From: an uncultured bacterium
GTDB lineage: Bacteria > Patescibacteriota > CPR2 > UBA1875 > CAIMLA01
Direction: 5' to 3'
Length of the DNA stretch: 64,000 nucleotides
Assembly (NCBI GenBank): GCA_903842085.1
Contig: CAIMLA010000043.1
Location: 1,563 to 65,562 of the forward strand
Position 1 is the stretch's first letter. Every line of letters starts with the position of its first letter. Below are positions 19,233 to 31,282 of the stretch, one piece after another. Position numbers and translations under genes: made by a program. The notes under the pieces are model-generated. The model had not been told where the DNA came from, did no database searches, and worked only from the letters and a program-made list of their open reading frames with translations.

Positions 19233-19913
19233 ATGGAAGAAACTAAAGAAAAAGTGAATTTAAGAAGATTAGTCATCACGATTGTTTTGGTCTTGATAAC
19301 CGCGATCGTGGTCGGTGGTTTGGTTTGGTTTTTGATGGATAGGCAAGCAAAGCAAACGCAGTCAGATAATGAAAAGTCACTTAAAGAGTTAGAAAACACT
19401 ATCGGAAAGACAAAGACACAAGAAAATGAACCCGAAACGGTGGTTACGGATGAGTTTGCATCTTGGAAAACTTTCTATGGACCTGGCTTCACCATAAAAT
19501 ATCCGGGGGAGTGGAAAATTGAAGAAAACTCAACGAATACCAACTTAGTATTCGCAAAAACAAACGTAGTTTTTACTAATATACCAAAAAATTATTCCAT
19601 ATCATTAAATTATGGAGAATTATATGGACGTGGTGGGTCATGTGTTATGCGAAACATAAATTATGAAGCTAAAGAAGTTGTAAATAAAATCGTATTAGAA
19701 CCAAAGGGTGACATTTCAACTGTTTCCTTACCTGACGGCGAGATGTGTGGTGGCCAAGTCCTAAAAGGATTTGTTATTTCTACAAACTGGTTTAATTACA
19801 GCAATAAAGAATTATTTGGCTATTCATATGGCGCGAGTAGTGATAAATCGCTCTCAGACGAAGCAAATGTATATTTTAAAAAAATAATCGAAACTTTGTC
19901 TAAATCTTCGTGA
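19233..19913 (+). CDS. Hypothetical N-terminally membrane-anchored protein (paralog family member 2)
   Basis: N-terminal TM, then WKTFYGPGFTIKYPGEWKIEE motif and a C-terminal YFKKIIETLSKS shared with the ORFs at 5800 and 46396. Confidence 0.6.
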   Translation: MEETKEKVNLRRLVITIVLVLITAIVVGGLVWFLMDRQAKQTQSDNEKSLKELENTIGKTKTQENEPETVVTDEFASWKTFYGPGFTIKYPGEWKIEENSTNTNLVFAKTNVVFTNIPKNYSISLNYGELYGRGGSCVMRNINYEAKEVVNKIVLEPKGDISTVSLPDGEMCGGQVLKGFVISTNWFNYSNKELFGYSYGASSDKSLSDEANVYFKKIIETLSKSS

Positions 19914-19923
19914 AGGAATAAAG

Positions 19924-19951
19924 AAAAAAGGCCTGATCTGGGGCCTTTTTT
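19924..19951. terminator. Intrinsic terminator-like hairpin (A6-GGCC...GGCC-T6)
   Basis: AAAAAAGGCCTGATCTGGGGCCTTTTTT directly after the 19233 ORF stop. Confidence 0.55.
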
Positions 19952-19953
19952 GA

Positions 19954-21954
<2,001 letters not shown>

Positions 21955-21996
21955 TTCTTGGCTAAAACAAGCTTAAATGATATACTAATGACGTTT

Positions 21997-22290
21997 ATGA
22001 GAAAAATTACCAAAGAGCAGGTGGAAGATCTAGCAAAATTAGCTCGTCTTGGGCTAACAGATGCAGAGAAAACTTCATTGGCAAGAGAAATGACGGTGAT
22101 TTTGGAGTATTCAATGTTACTCGACGAGGTTGACACAAAGGGGGTGCAACCAACAAGCCAAACCACGGAACTTAAAAATATTTTTCGTAAAGATTGTAAA
22201 GTTATTTCAGATATTGATATCAATGAAAAGTTACAAAATGCCCCTGTCAAAGAAAAAAGCTTTATCAAAGTAAAAAAAGTATTAGAGTAA
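21997..22290 (+). CDS. gatC: Asp/Glu-tRNA(Asn/Gln) amidotransferase subunit C
   Basis: MRKITKEQVEDLAKLARLGLTDAEK matches the GatC N-terminus. Lies immediately upstream of gatA. Start uncertain among ATG 21988, ATG 21997 and the track's TTG at 21958. Confidence 0.8.
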   Translation: MRKITKEQVEDLAKLARLGLTDAEKTSLAREMTVILEYSMLLDEVDTKGVQPTSQTTELKNIFRKDCKVISDIDINEKLQNAPVKEKSFIKVKKVLE

Positions 22291-22296
22291 GATAAG

Positions 22297-23760
22297 ATGG
22301 CTAACCGAACAATCATCGAACTGAATAATAAGATTGAACAAAAGACGATAACTCCTTCTCAAATATTGCAGGAGTGTTCTCAAGAGATCGATAGAGCGGA
22401 GGATGAACTAAACGCTTTTGTGACAGTCTTGCCGAAAGAAAGCTTAGAAGCGGCTAAAAAATCTGGAAAAAGAGCAGAATTAGGCAAAAGGCTGAGCAAG
22501 CTCGACGGCATACCCGTAGGGATAAAGGATGTCTTTTGTACTAAAGGAATCAGAACAACCGCCTCCAGTAAAATGCTAGACGACTTTATTCCTATCTATG
22601 ACGCGACAGTCGTCAAAAAAATAACCGACGCTGGAGCGGTCATGATCGGAAAAAATAATTGTGATGCCTGGGCACACGGAGCTTCAACAGAAAATTCTGA
22701 CTATGGAGTAACGAAAAACCCTTGGGATTTAAGCCGAGTCCCGGGAGGCTCTTCAGGCGGTTCAGCGGCGGCAGTCGCAGCCGGAGAATGTCTTTTTTCG
22801 ATTGGGAGCGATACTGGCGGATCGATCCGACAGCCAGCTGGATTCTGTGGCGTCGTTGGTTTAAAACCAACCTATGGTCGGGTCTCAAGATACGGCCTAA
22901 TTGCGATGGGATCATCCTTAGATTGCGTTGGACCAATTGCCATGACGACAGAAGATGTTGCCTTGATCTTAGAAGTAATCGCCGGTCATGATGAAAAGGA
23001 TGCAACCAGTCTTAATCTCCCAGTTCCAAAATATAGTGACAAACTCACTAAGTCGATCAAAGGCAAGAAAATTGGATGGGTCAATGAGTTCTATGAGACG
23101 GGCTTAAATGATGAGATTATAAAAGCCTTAGAGGCGGTTCGTGAAGTCTACGCCAGCTTAGGCGCGGACTTCATTGAGATTAAACTTCCCCATGCCAAAT
23201 ATAGCATCCCAGTTTATTATTTAATCCAACCGGCTGAAGTTAGCTCAAATCTTGGCCGATACGACGGAATAAAATATGGTCATAGTGCCGCCAAGAGTGA
23301 AAATTTAATAGATCATTATTTTAGATCTCGAGACGAAGGGCTAGGCGCTGAAGCAAAACGAAGAATTATGCTGGGCACTTTTGTTTTGTCCGCTGGCTAC
23401 TATGATGCTTACTACAAGAAGGCAATGCAGGTTCGAACTTTGATCAAGCAGGACTTTGAAAAAGCATTTGAGAGTGTTGATATTATTTTAGCGCCAGTAG
23501 CACCAACAACGGCCTTTAAGATTGGGGAAAAAGTTGACAATCCTCTTCAGATGTATCTAGCGGATGTCTTTACAGCCATGGTCAATCTATCAGGTAATCC
23601 CGCCCTGTCACTACCATGCGCTTTTGATAAGCAAAAATTGCCAATCGGGATGCAACTAATAGGCAAACACTTTGAAGAAGAAACAGTCTTAAATTTTGGT
23701 CATCAATACGAAAAAGCAACCGAAAAAGTTGTTTGGCGGAATAATAAAACAGTCATTTAG
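22297..23760 (+). CDS. gatA: Asp/Glu-tRNA(Asn/Gln) amidotransferase subunit A (amidase)
   Basis: Amidase signature GGSSGGSAAAVAAG...GSDTGGSIRQPA. 487 aa. Confidence 0.92.
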   Translation: MANRTIIELNNKIEQKTITPSQILQECSQEIDRAEDELNAFVTVLPKESLEAAKKSGKRAELGKRLSKLDGIPVGIKDVFCTKGIRTTASSKMLDDFIPIYDATVVKKITDAGAVMIGKNNCDAWAHGASTENSDYGVTKNPWDLSRVPGGSSGGSAAAVAAGECLFSIGSDTGGSIRQPAGFCGVVGLKPTYGRVSRYGLIAMGSSLDCVGPIAMTTEDVALILEVIAGHDEKDATSLNLPVPKYSDKLTKSIKGKKIGWVNEFYETGLNDEIIKALEAVREVYASLGADFIEIKLPHAKYSIPVYYLIQPAEVSSNLGRYDGIKYGHSAAKSENLIDHYFRSRDEGLGAEAKRRIMLGTFVLSAGYYDAYYKKAMQVRTLIKQDFEKAFESVDIILAPVAPTTAFKIGEKVDNPLQMYLADVFTAMVNLSGNPALSLPCAFDKQKLPIGMQLIGKHFEEETVLNFGHQYEKATEKVVWRNNKTVI

Positions 23761-23767
23761 GAGGAGC

Positions 23768-24526
23768 ATGGGGAGAGCACAGAAATTAAAAGAACAAAGG
23801 AAAATTGAAAAAGCGAAAAATCTTGAACGAAAGAAAAGAAGAAAAGTCCTTTTGTTCAGAGGGATCGCGATAACGGCTGGGCTAGTCATTGTTGGCAGTC
23901 TAGGATTTTACGGTGTGGCTTTGGCCAAAAATCGCTGGTTTAGTAATAATAAAGTTTCACAAGGAGAGGATCTCAAAGTGGATAAAGTAAAAAATAGCAA
24001 TAAGACCTATGCCAAAGCCCCAGAGATGAAGATTGATCCTAGTAAAAAATATATTGCTAAGATTGATACTAACAAGGGGAGCTTTGAGGCTGAATTAGAC
24101 GCAAAAAATGTTCCGATTACAGTCAATAATTTTGTTTCTCTATCAAAGGATAAGTTTTATGACGGCTTATCTTTTCACCGGATCGTTAAAGATTTTATGA
24201 TCCAGGGAGGGGATCCAAAAGGGGATGGCACTGGAGGGCCGGGGTATAAATTTAATGACGAACCAATCGTCGGCGATTACACCCCAGGGACTTTAGCAAT
24301 GGCAAACTCTGGTCAAAATTCAAACGGTTCGCAATTTTTTGTGATGACAGGAGATTATTCGAGCGGGAAACTCCCTAAAAATTATGTTATTTTTGGTAAA
24401 GTCATTTCTGGTATGGACGTAGTCCAGAAAATTGGCGCAACTCCAACGACAAATGGTGGTCAGGGAGAGCAATCAAAACCAACCGAAGTCGTTACGATTA
24501 ATAATATTACGATTGAGGAAAAATAA
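23768..24526 (+). CDS. Cyclophilin-type peptidyl-prolyl cis-trans isomerase with basic N-terminus and TM anchor
   Basis: FHRIVKDFMIQGGDPKGDGTGGPGYKFNDE cyclophilin core. Start taken at ATG 23768 after a GGAGG RBS; the track's 23696 overlaps gatA. Confidence 0.85.
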   Translation: MGRAQKLKEQRKIEKAKNLERKKRRKVLLFRGIAITAGLVIVGSLGFYGVALAKNRWFSNNKVSQGEDLKVDKVKNSNKTYAKAPEMKIDPSKKYIAKIDTNKGSFEAELDAKNVPITVNNFVSLSKDKFYDGLSFHRIVKDFMIQGGDPKGDGTGGPGYKFNDEPIVGDYTPGTLAMANSGQNSNGSQFFVMTGDYSSGKLPKNYVIFGKVISGMDVVQKIGATPTTNGGQGEQSKPTEVVTINNITIEEK

Positions 24527-24973
24527 ATGTTCCAAACGATTGTCGTCGCTTTAATCGCTTTTCTCCTAGCCTATATAATGGCCTTAGCGATTTTGCGAAA
24601 CAGAAATAGAAAAATAATTAAATCTGGTCAATCAACAATAATGAATAAAAAGTTTGTTCAAGAAAAATGGTCTGAGATCGAGCAGACTTTCGGACTCGGC
24701 GGACCAAGTCATTTTAAGGCCAGCATTATGGAAGCGGACAAATTAGTTGATTATGCTCTCAAAGGTAAAGGCATCAAGGGAAATACCTTTGGTGAGAGAC
24801 TAAAAAATGCCAAATCACAATTTTCTAGTTATTCTGATTATGATAATCTTTGGTTTGCCCACAAAGTCAGGAACAATATTGCTCACGAATCAACCCATGA
24901 TCTGAATTCTGCCGAGGCAAAAAAGGCGATTGAATATTACAAAAAAGCCTTATTAGAAATGAAGGTACTATAA
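24527..24973 (+). CDS. Hypothetical membrane-anchored protein (148 aa)
   Basis: N-terminal TM, then a helical domain with a C-terminal R-x4-H motif (KVRNNIAHE). Inserted inside the gatCAB cluster. Confidence 0.55.
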   Translation: MFQTIVVALIAFLLAYIMALAILRNRNRKIIKSGQSTIMNKKFVQEKWSEIEQTFGLGGPSHFKASIMEADKLVDYALKGKGIKGNTFGERLKNAKSQFSSYSDYDNLWFAHKVRNNIAHESTHDLNSAEAKKAIEYYKKALLEMKVL

Positions 24974-26455
24974 ATGATTAAATACGAAACTGTCATCGGT
25001 TTAGAGATACACGCTCAACTAAAGACTGAGAGTAAGATGTTTTGTTCTTGTGATAATTATTCAGTTGACGCTAAGCCAAACGAAAATACTTGTCCAATCT
25101 GTCTTGGTATGCCCGGAACCTTGCCTGTTCCAAACAAAAAAGCAATCGAATGGGTATACTTGCTGGGGCTTGCCTTGAATGGCAAAATTGCCGAAAAGTT
25201 TAATTTTGAACGAAAAAATTACTTTTATCCAGATTTGCCGAAAGCGTATCAGATTACCTCGAGTACTAAGCCACCGGTTATTGGAGGCAGAGTAGAAATA
25301 GAAACTGAAGGGGTAATACAAAACATTAGGATAAATCATATCCATCTTGAGGAAGACGCTGGAAAACTCATTCACCCGAAGCTTGGAGAATACAGCCTGG
25401 TGGATTTAAACCGAGCCGGAACGCCTTTACTCGAAATAGTGACTGAGCCCGATATGAGAGCTCCTAGAGAGGCCAGAATCTTTATGCAAGACCTCCGCTC
25501 GATTTTACGTTATCTCAGTATCTCTGATGCTAATATGGAGCAAGGGAATCTAAGATGTGACGCCAATATATCTTTACGCCCAGTCGGCCAGAAAGAGCTT
25601 GGCACAAAAGTTGAAATAAAGAATATTAATTCTTTTAAGATGATTGAGCGAGCCATTGAGTATGAAGTCGAAAGACAAATGGAATTGCTTGGTGAGAACA
25701 AAAAAGTTGTTCAAGAAACCAGAGGCTGGGATGAGTCAAAAGGAAAAACTTTAGGTCAGAGAAGTAAGGAGGAGGCTAACGACTATCGATACTTTCCTGA
25801 GCCCGATATTCCCCCCCTTGAACCTTATTCTGGAAAAGAGATTGATTTTGACGAGATTAAAGCATGGCTCCCCGAATTACAGAAGGAGAAAAGTCAAAGA
25901 TTCATCAATGAATACAACCTATCGACTCAGGATGCAGAGATATTGACCAGCGACTTGGAGTTGTCGAGATATTTCGAACAAACTTTGGAAGAACTGCCCG
26001 ATATAACCAAAAACGATGAAATAAAGAAACAAAAAGCAAAAAAAGTCTCAAACTGGATTATTAGTGAGGTCTTAGCGAAATTGAATTTAGCGGGTATTTC
26101 TATTAGCGATTGTAAGGTCAACCATAAAGACTTAGCCGAACTTTTGGATAAAGCCGATCACGGTGAGATAAGTGGAAAAATTGCCAAAGAAATCTTTGCT
26201 GAAATGTTCGAGACCGGGAAGAACTCAGAACAAATCATCAAGGCCAAGGGTCTCTCCCAAATCAGCGATACTGGTGCGGTCAAGGTGATGATCACTGAGG
26301 TGATAAAAGAGAACCAAGGTCCAGTCTCTGATTTTAAAGCTGGTAAGGAAAAAGCCTTTGGCTATTTAATTGGTCAAGTGATGGCCAAATCACGGGGTCA
26401 AGCCAACCCTCAGGTCGTGAACGAAATATTAAAAGATTTATTAGATAAGGAGTAA
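24974..26455 (+). CDS. gatB: Asp/Glu-tRNA(Asn/Gln) amidotransferase subunit B
   Basis: MIKYETVIGLEIHAQL... N-terminus and C..C..C..C Zn site typical of GatB. 493 aa. Confidence 0.92.
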   Translation: MIKYETVIGLEIHAQLKTESKMFCSCDNYSVDAKPNENTCPICLGMPGTLPVPNKKAIEWVYLLGLALNGKIAEKFNFERKNYFYPDLPKAYQITSSTKPPVIGGRVEIETEGVIQNIRINHIHLEEDAGKLIHPKLGEYSLVDLNRAGTPLLEIVTEPDMRAPREARIFMQDLRSILRYLSISDANMEQGNLRCDANISLRPVGQKELGTKVEIKNINSFKMIERAIEYEVERQMELLGENKKVVQETRGWDESKGKTLGQRSKEEANDYRYFPEPDIPPLEPYSGKEIDFDEIKAWLPELQKEKSQRFINEYNLSTQDAEILTSDLELSRYFEQTLEELPDITKNDEIKKQKAKKVSNWIISEVLAKLNLAGISISDCKVNHKDLAELLDKADHGEISGKIAKEIFAEMFETGKNSEQIIKAKGLSQISDTGAVKVMITEVIKENQGPVSDFKAGKEKAFGYLIGQVMAKSRGQANPQVVNEILKDLLDKE

Positions 26456-26457
26456 GC

Positions 26458-27006
26458 ATGGAGATTGTAAATGCCTTTATTCAGCCCTTTCTTTTGTTAG
26501 CTCCCAAGATTCCAATTACGATAATTAGCTTTATCATCGGTTATGTTATTATTTGGGTCTTAATATTGATTTTGAAAAAATCAATTGCTTATCTCCGACT
26601 GACAAAATCGGTCCGGGGTCTGATTGTCGGCTGTGCCAGTGCGTTTTTGTGGGCTTTTTTGATCATGCACCTTCTAGAAATATTAGGATTAAGCAGTCTC
26701 ATTGTCCTTATTTCAGGGTCCGCCGTTTTTTTAGGCTTTATCCTAAATCAAGGCTTAGCTCAAACGATTAGTGACATCGCTTCTAGTATCTCTTTAGCTC
26801 AAGACAAGGATTTTAAAATTGGCTCGATCGTTTCGTTAAATGAAGGAAAAACAATTGGCGAGATAATTTCACTTGATATGAGAAAAGTTAGAATTATGGA
26901 CAAAAAAGGAAAATTACATGTCGTGCCAAATTCAATGATAGATAAAGGCGAGTGGATTCTTATGGAAAAACCAGTAAAGCATGAAAGTTATAAATCAAAA
27001 AAATGA
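26458..27006 (+). CDS. Small-conductance mechanosensitive channel-like membrane protein (truncated MscS architecture)
   Basis: Three TM helices followed by an MscS-like beta domain (KIGSIVSLNEGKTIGEIISLDMRKVRIMDKKGKLHVVPNSMI). Confidence 0.45.
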   Translation: MEIVNAFIQPFLLLAPKIPITIISFIIGYVIIWVLILILKKSIAYLRLTKSVRGLIVGCASAFLWAFLIMHLLEILGLSSLIVLISGSAVFLGFILNQGLAQTISDIASSISLAQDKDFKIGSIVSLNEGKTIGEIISLDMRKVRIMDKKGKLHVVPNSMIDKGEWILMEKPVKHESYKSKK

Positions 27007-27613
27007 TAACCTCTGGCTAGAGGTTGAGCGGGCCTATGACGAAGAGACACCGTCTGGCTATAAAATGGCCTGCATTGAAGCTGAGAAGGCGTTCAAAAAT
27101 GCTTTGAAAGAAAAGGGCTATCCTTATCGTGATGTTGGACAAACTCTATCACGTTTTAGTTGGAAGTTTTCGAATCGAGAAGATCTGAAAAAGGCGATTA
27201 CAAAAACCGAGCAAATAAAAGAAACCTTTGATTATCAACTTTCAAGCTTTGAGACAGAGGACATCATTGCTGCCTATAAACAATCAATAAAAGATATCGC
27301 CGAAAAAAAACCACTTTCGTGGAAGAAAAAAGCGGTTTGGTTCTACCAAGATTATTTATCTTTCAAAGCGTCGTTCATTAAAAAATTGATTATCGGCACC
27401 CTCATATTCTTTTTGATCATCAAATTTTTAGCAAAGACCTCCCTCGGGCAAAACTTAGTGGCTTTTTTGGTCTCTTTCTCGGACCTTATTTATTCGTGGT
27501 TTATGCTCTTTATAATTCTAATCATCGGAATTGGAATATTAGTGATTATAGTTTTTGCTTATCTAGAAGGTAAAAGAACCAAGATCGAAAATAATGATCA
27601 AAAAAGGACTTGA
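26981..27613 (+). CDS. Hypothetical membrane protein (C-terminal TM helices)
   Basis: 210-aa ORF overlapping the previous gene by 26 nt. Soluble N-terminal part with two hydrophobic C-terminal helices. Confidence 0.5.
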   Translation: MKVINQKNDNLWLEVERAYDEETPSGYKMACIEAEKAFKNALKEKGYPYRDVGQTLSRFSWKFSNREDLKKAITKTEQIKETFDYQLSSFETEDIIAAYKQSIKDIAEKKPLSWKKKAVWFYQDYLSFKASFIKKLIIGTLIFFLIIKFLAKTSLGQNLVAFLVSFSDLIYSWFMLFIILIIGIGILVIIVFAYLEGKRTKIENNDQKRT

Positions 27614-27716
27614 GACAACCGTCATTCCTCTATAAAATGATAGTAGTTGGGGCGATTTGATCATTAATAAAAGGCCGTTTTTTTGAGTGAGGCCTTTTTG
27701 ATTTATAAGAGGGGAT

Positions 27717-30700
27717 TTGAATACATTGGCAAAAACTAAAACAAAATTTATCCATCTGCACGTTCATACCCATTATTCTTTACTCGATGGGATGGGTAAA
27801 ATTCCAGATTATTTAGATAAAGCCCAAAAATTAGGCATGGACTCCTTGGCGATTACTGACCACGGGGTGATGTACGGAGCGATAGAATTTTATAAGGAAG
27901 CAAAAAAGCGCAACATTAAGCCGATTATCGGCTGTGAATGTTATGTTGCTCCGAGAAAACTAACTGACAAAACGGCTAGAATTGATACTAAGCCGTTTCA
28001 TTTGATTTTGTTGGCCAAGGATTTTACGGGCTATCAAAATTTGATGCAATTAGTCACGACTGCTCATTTGGTTGGCTATTACTATAAGCCTAGGGTTGAT
28101 AAAGATTTGTTGAGATTACATTCAGCTGGTTTAATCGGACTCTCAGCTTGTCTGCAAGGGGAGGTCGCTTCCCAGATTGTGAACGTTAATCGTGAAGCAG
28201 CCAAAAAGGCCGCGCTTCAATATAATGAAATATTTGGACAGGATAATTTTTATTTAGAATTACAGGATCATCCTGACCTTCCTGAACAGAAATTAGTTAA
28301 TGCTGAATTGATAAAATTGTCTAAAGAGACTGGCATCCCGCTAGTCGCCACGAACGATGTTCATTATGCCAACCTTGATGACGCTGAGGCGCAAGATGTC
28401 TTGATTTGCGTCCAGACAGGCCGACTTGTCGCTGATGAAGACCGAATGCACATGACGACGGACAATAGTCTTCGTGATATCGAAAACATGGAATTAGCTT
28501 TTGGCCATGTCCCAGAGGCTCTCGAGAATACTCTTAAGATTGCGGACAAGTGTAATTTGGAGCTAAATTTAGGTGGAATATTGATTCCTGATTTTCCAGT
28601 GCCAGACGGTTACACTCTACGTTCTTACCTCGAAAAATTAGTTGATAAGGGGATCAAGGAGCGCTATGAGGTTATCTCGCCTGAGATTGATGAGCGAATA
28701 AAATATGAACTCTCGGTTATCGAGAAGATGGCTTATGAAGGGTATTTTTTGATTGTTGCTGATTACGTCAATTGGGCTAAGGACAACGGGATTGTGGTCG
28801 GTCCAGGTCGTGGCTCTGGAGCCGGCTCTATTATTGCTTATGCTTTAAAGATTGTCGACATTGATCCGATAAAATATGACCTTCTCTTTGAGCGCTTTTT
28901 GAATCCAGATCGAATCTCCATGCCCGATTTTGATATAGATTTTGCCGATGATCGAAGGCATGAAGTCATCACCTATGTCACCGGAAAATATGGCCAAGAT
29001 CACGTTGCTCAAATTATAACCTTTGGTACGATGGCCGCTCGAAACGCAATTCGTGATGTTGGCAGAGTTTTGGGAATTAGCTATGGAGAGGTCGACAAAA
29101 TCGCAAAGTCAGTTCCTGAGAAAATGAATCTCAAAGAAGCCCTCGTTAGCTCGTCTGAACTGGCAGCCTTTACTCGAGAAAGTGATATTTATAATAAATT
29201 GATTGGTTTAGCTACTAAGCTTGAGGGAGTGGCTCGACATTCTTCGACCCATGCTGCTGGTGTTGTTATTTCAAAAGAACCGCTGGTCGAATACGCACCA
29301 CTTCAGAAAGCAACCAAGGGGGAACTAGCGATAAACACCCAATATGACATGGGGAGCTTGGAAAGTATTGGGCTTCTGAAAATGGACTTTTTGGGTCTTT
29401 CGAATCTTACCATCATTAAAAATACGATGAGAATTGTTAAAAAAGTTTATGGTGAAGAGATTGATCTTTATCATATCCCAATGGATGACAAAAAAACCTT
29501 TGACCTTCTAAGCCGAGGCGATACGACTGGAGTCTTCCAACTTGAGTCGGCCGGGATGAAGCGATATATTAAGGAGCTGAAACCAACCGTCTTTGAAGAT
29601 ATCATCGCGATGGTCGCACTTTACCGACCAGGCCCGATGCAGTTTATCGACGATTTTATCTCACGAAAGCATGGGCGAAAAAAACTTCATTATGATCATC
29701 CCTTGATGGAAAACGCACTTTCAAATACCTACGGGATTATTGTTTACCAAGAACAGCTCATGCAGGTCGCAAAAGATATGGCTGGTTTTTCAGGAGGGGA
29801 TGCGGATACATTGAGGAAGGCAATGGGAAAGAAAATTGCTGACCTAATGAAAAAAATGAGAGAGAAGTTTATCCAAGGATCAATAAAAAACGGAGTCGAA
29901 GAAAAAACCGCTATAAAAATCTTTAATGATTTTGAAAATTTTGCTCAATATGCTTTTAATAAATCGCATGCATCTTGCTACGCCCTTATTGCTTACTGGA
30001 CGGGCTACTTAAAGGCTCATTATCCGGCCTCATTTATGGCGGCCTTGTTGACGAGTGACTACGGAAACTCTGATCGAATTGCCATTGAAATAGCGGAATG
30101 CCAAAGAATGAAAATAGAGGTTTTACCACCAGATGTGAATGAATCTTTTTCTGAATTTGGAGTAGTTAAAGAGACTGGGAAAATTCGGTTTGGCTTATCG
30201 GCGGTCAAAAATGTTGGGATGGGGGTAATTGACGCCATTCTGAAAGCGAGGGGAGAAGGGGGCAAATTTAATAGTATTGAGGATTTTGCTCGTCGAGTTG
30301 GCGCTGGGGAGCTTAATAAGAAAGTTATGGAGAGCTTGATGAAGTGCGGGGCTTTTGATTCTCTCGGGGAAAGGCAAATTCTGTTGTTTAATATGGAAAA
30401 AATAATAAGTTTTGCTGGGCTAGCCCAAGGCCATGCTGCAAACGGACAAATTGATTTATTTGGCGGGAGCGGAGTCAGTCTGCCTCCATTAAAGCTTGAA
30501 AAGCCTGATCACGAATTAACAATGAGAGAGAAATTAAACTGGGAAAAAGAACTTCTGGGGATATATATCTCAGAACACCCCACCAGTGAATATGCCGATT
30601 ATTTTTTGCGAGCAGGGGCAAAGCCGATTCTTGAGATTACGGAGAATCTTTCCAACCAGATGATTCTAACGGGTGGGGTTATTACTTCAATTCAAAAGAT

Positions 30701-31199
30701 ACAAACCAGGACTAAGGAAACAATGTATTTTGTGATATTTGAAGATACTACAGCCAGAATAGAGTTAATTGTTTTTCCAAAAGTGATTAAACAGTACCCG
30801 GAGATATGGGAGGTTGGTCGGTTATTATTAGTTTCGGGCAAAGTTAATACCAAAGACAGCCAAGGGAATCAAAACAATCAAATAAAAATAATTGTAGAAA
30901 AAATAAAAGAAGTGGAGGCGAACTTGGAAGAATTAGATACAAAAATAACAGACCCTTTGATTACGCAATCTGTCAAGGAGGATAAGGATGGGACGATTAG
31001 TATCTATATCCCGAGAGGCACGGCAGCTGAAGCCTTGAATGATATCAAGCGGCAATTGGCTAATAATAAAGGTGAGCATGCTGTCGTTGTCTATGTCCCA
31101 AACGGGGCGAGTGGTCCAAAAAAGGTTCGATTGCCCCATGGGATTAATTACAATGCCAAAATAGCCGAAGATATTTGCAAACGGCTTGCTCGTAATTAG
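27717..31199 (+). CDS. dnaE: DNA polymerase III alpha subunit
   Basis: N-terminal PHP domain (IHLHVHTHYSLLDG), polymerase core, C-terminal OB. 1160 aa. Likely TTG start after a GAGGGGA RBS. Confidence 0.92.
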   Translation: MNTLAKTKTKFIHLHVHTHYSLLDGMGKIPDYLDKAQKLGMDSLAITDHGVMYGAIEFYKEAKKRNIKPIIGCECYVAPRKLTDKTARIDTKPFHLILLAKDFTGYQNLMQLVTTAHLVGYYYKPRVDKDLLRLHSAGLIGLSACLQGEVASQIVNVNREAAKKAALQYNEIFGQDNFYLELQDHPDLPEQKLVNAELIKLSKETGIPLVATNDVHYANLDDAEAQDVLICVQTGRLVADEDRMHMTTDNSLRDIENMELAFGHVPEALENTLKIADKCNLELNLGGILIPDFPVPDGYTLRSYLEKLVDKGIKERYEVISPEIDERIKYELSVIEKMAYEGYFLIVADYVNWAKDNGIVVGPGRGSGAGSIIAYALKIVDIDPIKYDLLFERFLNPDRISMPDFDIDFADDRRHEVITYVTGKYGQDHVAQIITFGTMAARNAIRDVGRVLGISYGEVDKIAKSVPEKMNLKEALVSSSELAAFTRESDIYNKLIGLATKLEGVARHSSTHAAGVVISKEPLVEYAPLQKATKGELAINTQYDMGSLESIGLLKMDFLGLSNLTIIKNTMRIVKKVYGEEIDLYHIPMDDKKTFDLLSRGDTTGVFQLESAGMKRYIKELKPTVFEDIIAMVALYRPGPMQFIDDFISRKHGRKKLHYDHPLMENALSNTYGIIVYQEQLMQVAKDMAGFSGGDADTLRKAMGKKIADLMKKMREKFIQGSIKNGVEEKTAIKIFNDFENFAQYAFNKSHASCYALIAYWTGYLKAHYPASFMAALLTSDYGNSDRIAIEIAECQRMKIEVLPPDVNESFSEFGVVKETGKIRFGLSAVKNVGMGVIDAILKARGEGGKFNSIEDFARRVGAGELNKKVMESLMKCGAFDSLGERQILLFNMEKIISFAGLAQGHAANGQIDLFGGSGVSLPPLKLEKPDHELTMREKLNWEKELLGIYISEHPTSEYADYFLRAGAKPILEITENLSNQMILTGGVITSIQKIQTRTKETMYFVIFEDTTARIELIVFPKVIKQYPEIWEVGRLLLVSGKVNTKDSQGNQNNQIKIIVEKIKEVEANLEELDTKITDPLITQSVKEDKDGTISIYIPRGTAAEALNDIKRQLANNKGEHAVVVYVPNGASGPKKVRLPHGINYNAKIAEDICKRLARN

Positions 31200-31212
31200 T
31201 TTATTAATGTTG

Positions 31213-31241
31213 TTGACTGAAAAACAATATTTAGCTATAAT
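31213..31241 (+). promoter_or_regulatory. Consensus sigma-70 promoter for rplS (TTGACT, 17-nt spacer, TATAAT)
   Basis: TTGACT at 31213-31218, 17-nt spacer, TATAAT at 31236-31241. Confidence 0.6.
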
Positions 31242-31282
31242 TAGTCTCGCGTTTAAGCATTTCTTTGTTAACGCTGGTTTAT

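Noticed and set aside
22640-23005. Antisense and alternative-frame ORFs (22640-23005 minus, 22722-22991 plus) within gatA
   Set aside because: They coincide with the Gly-rich amidase signature encoded by GGN codons (locally GC-rich), which suppresses stops in other frames. The gatA frame is unambiguous.
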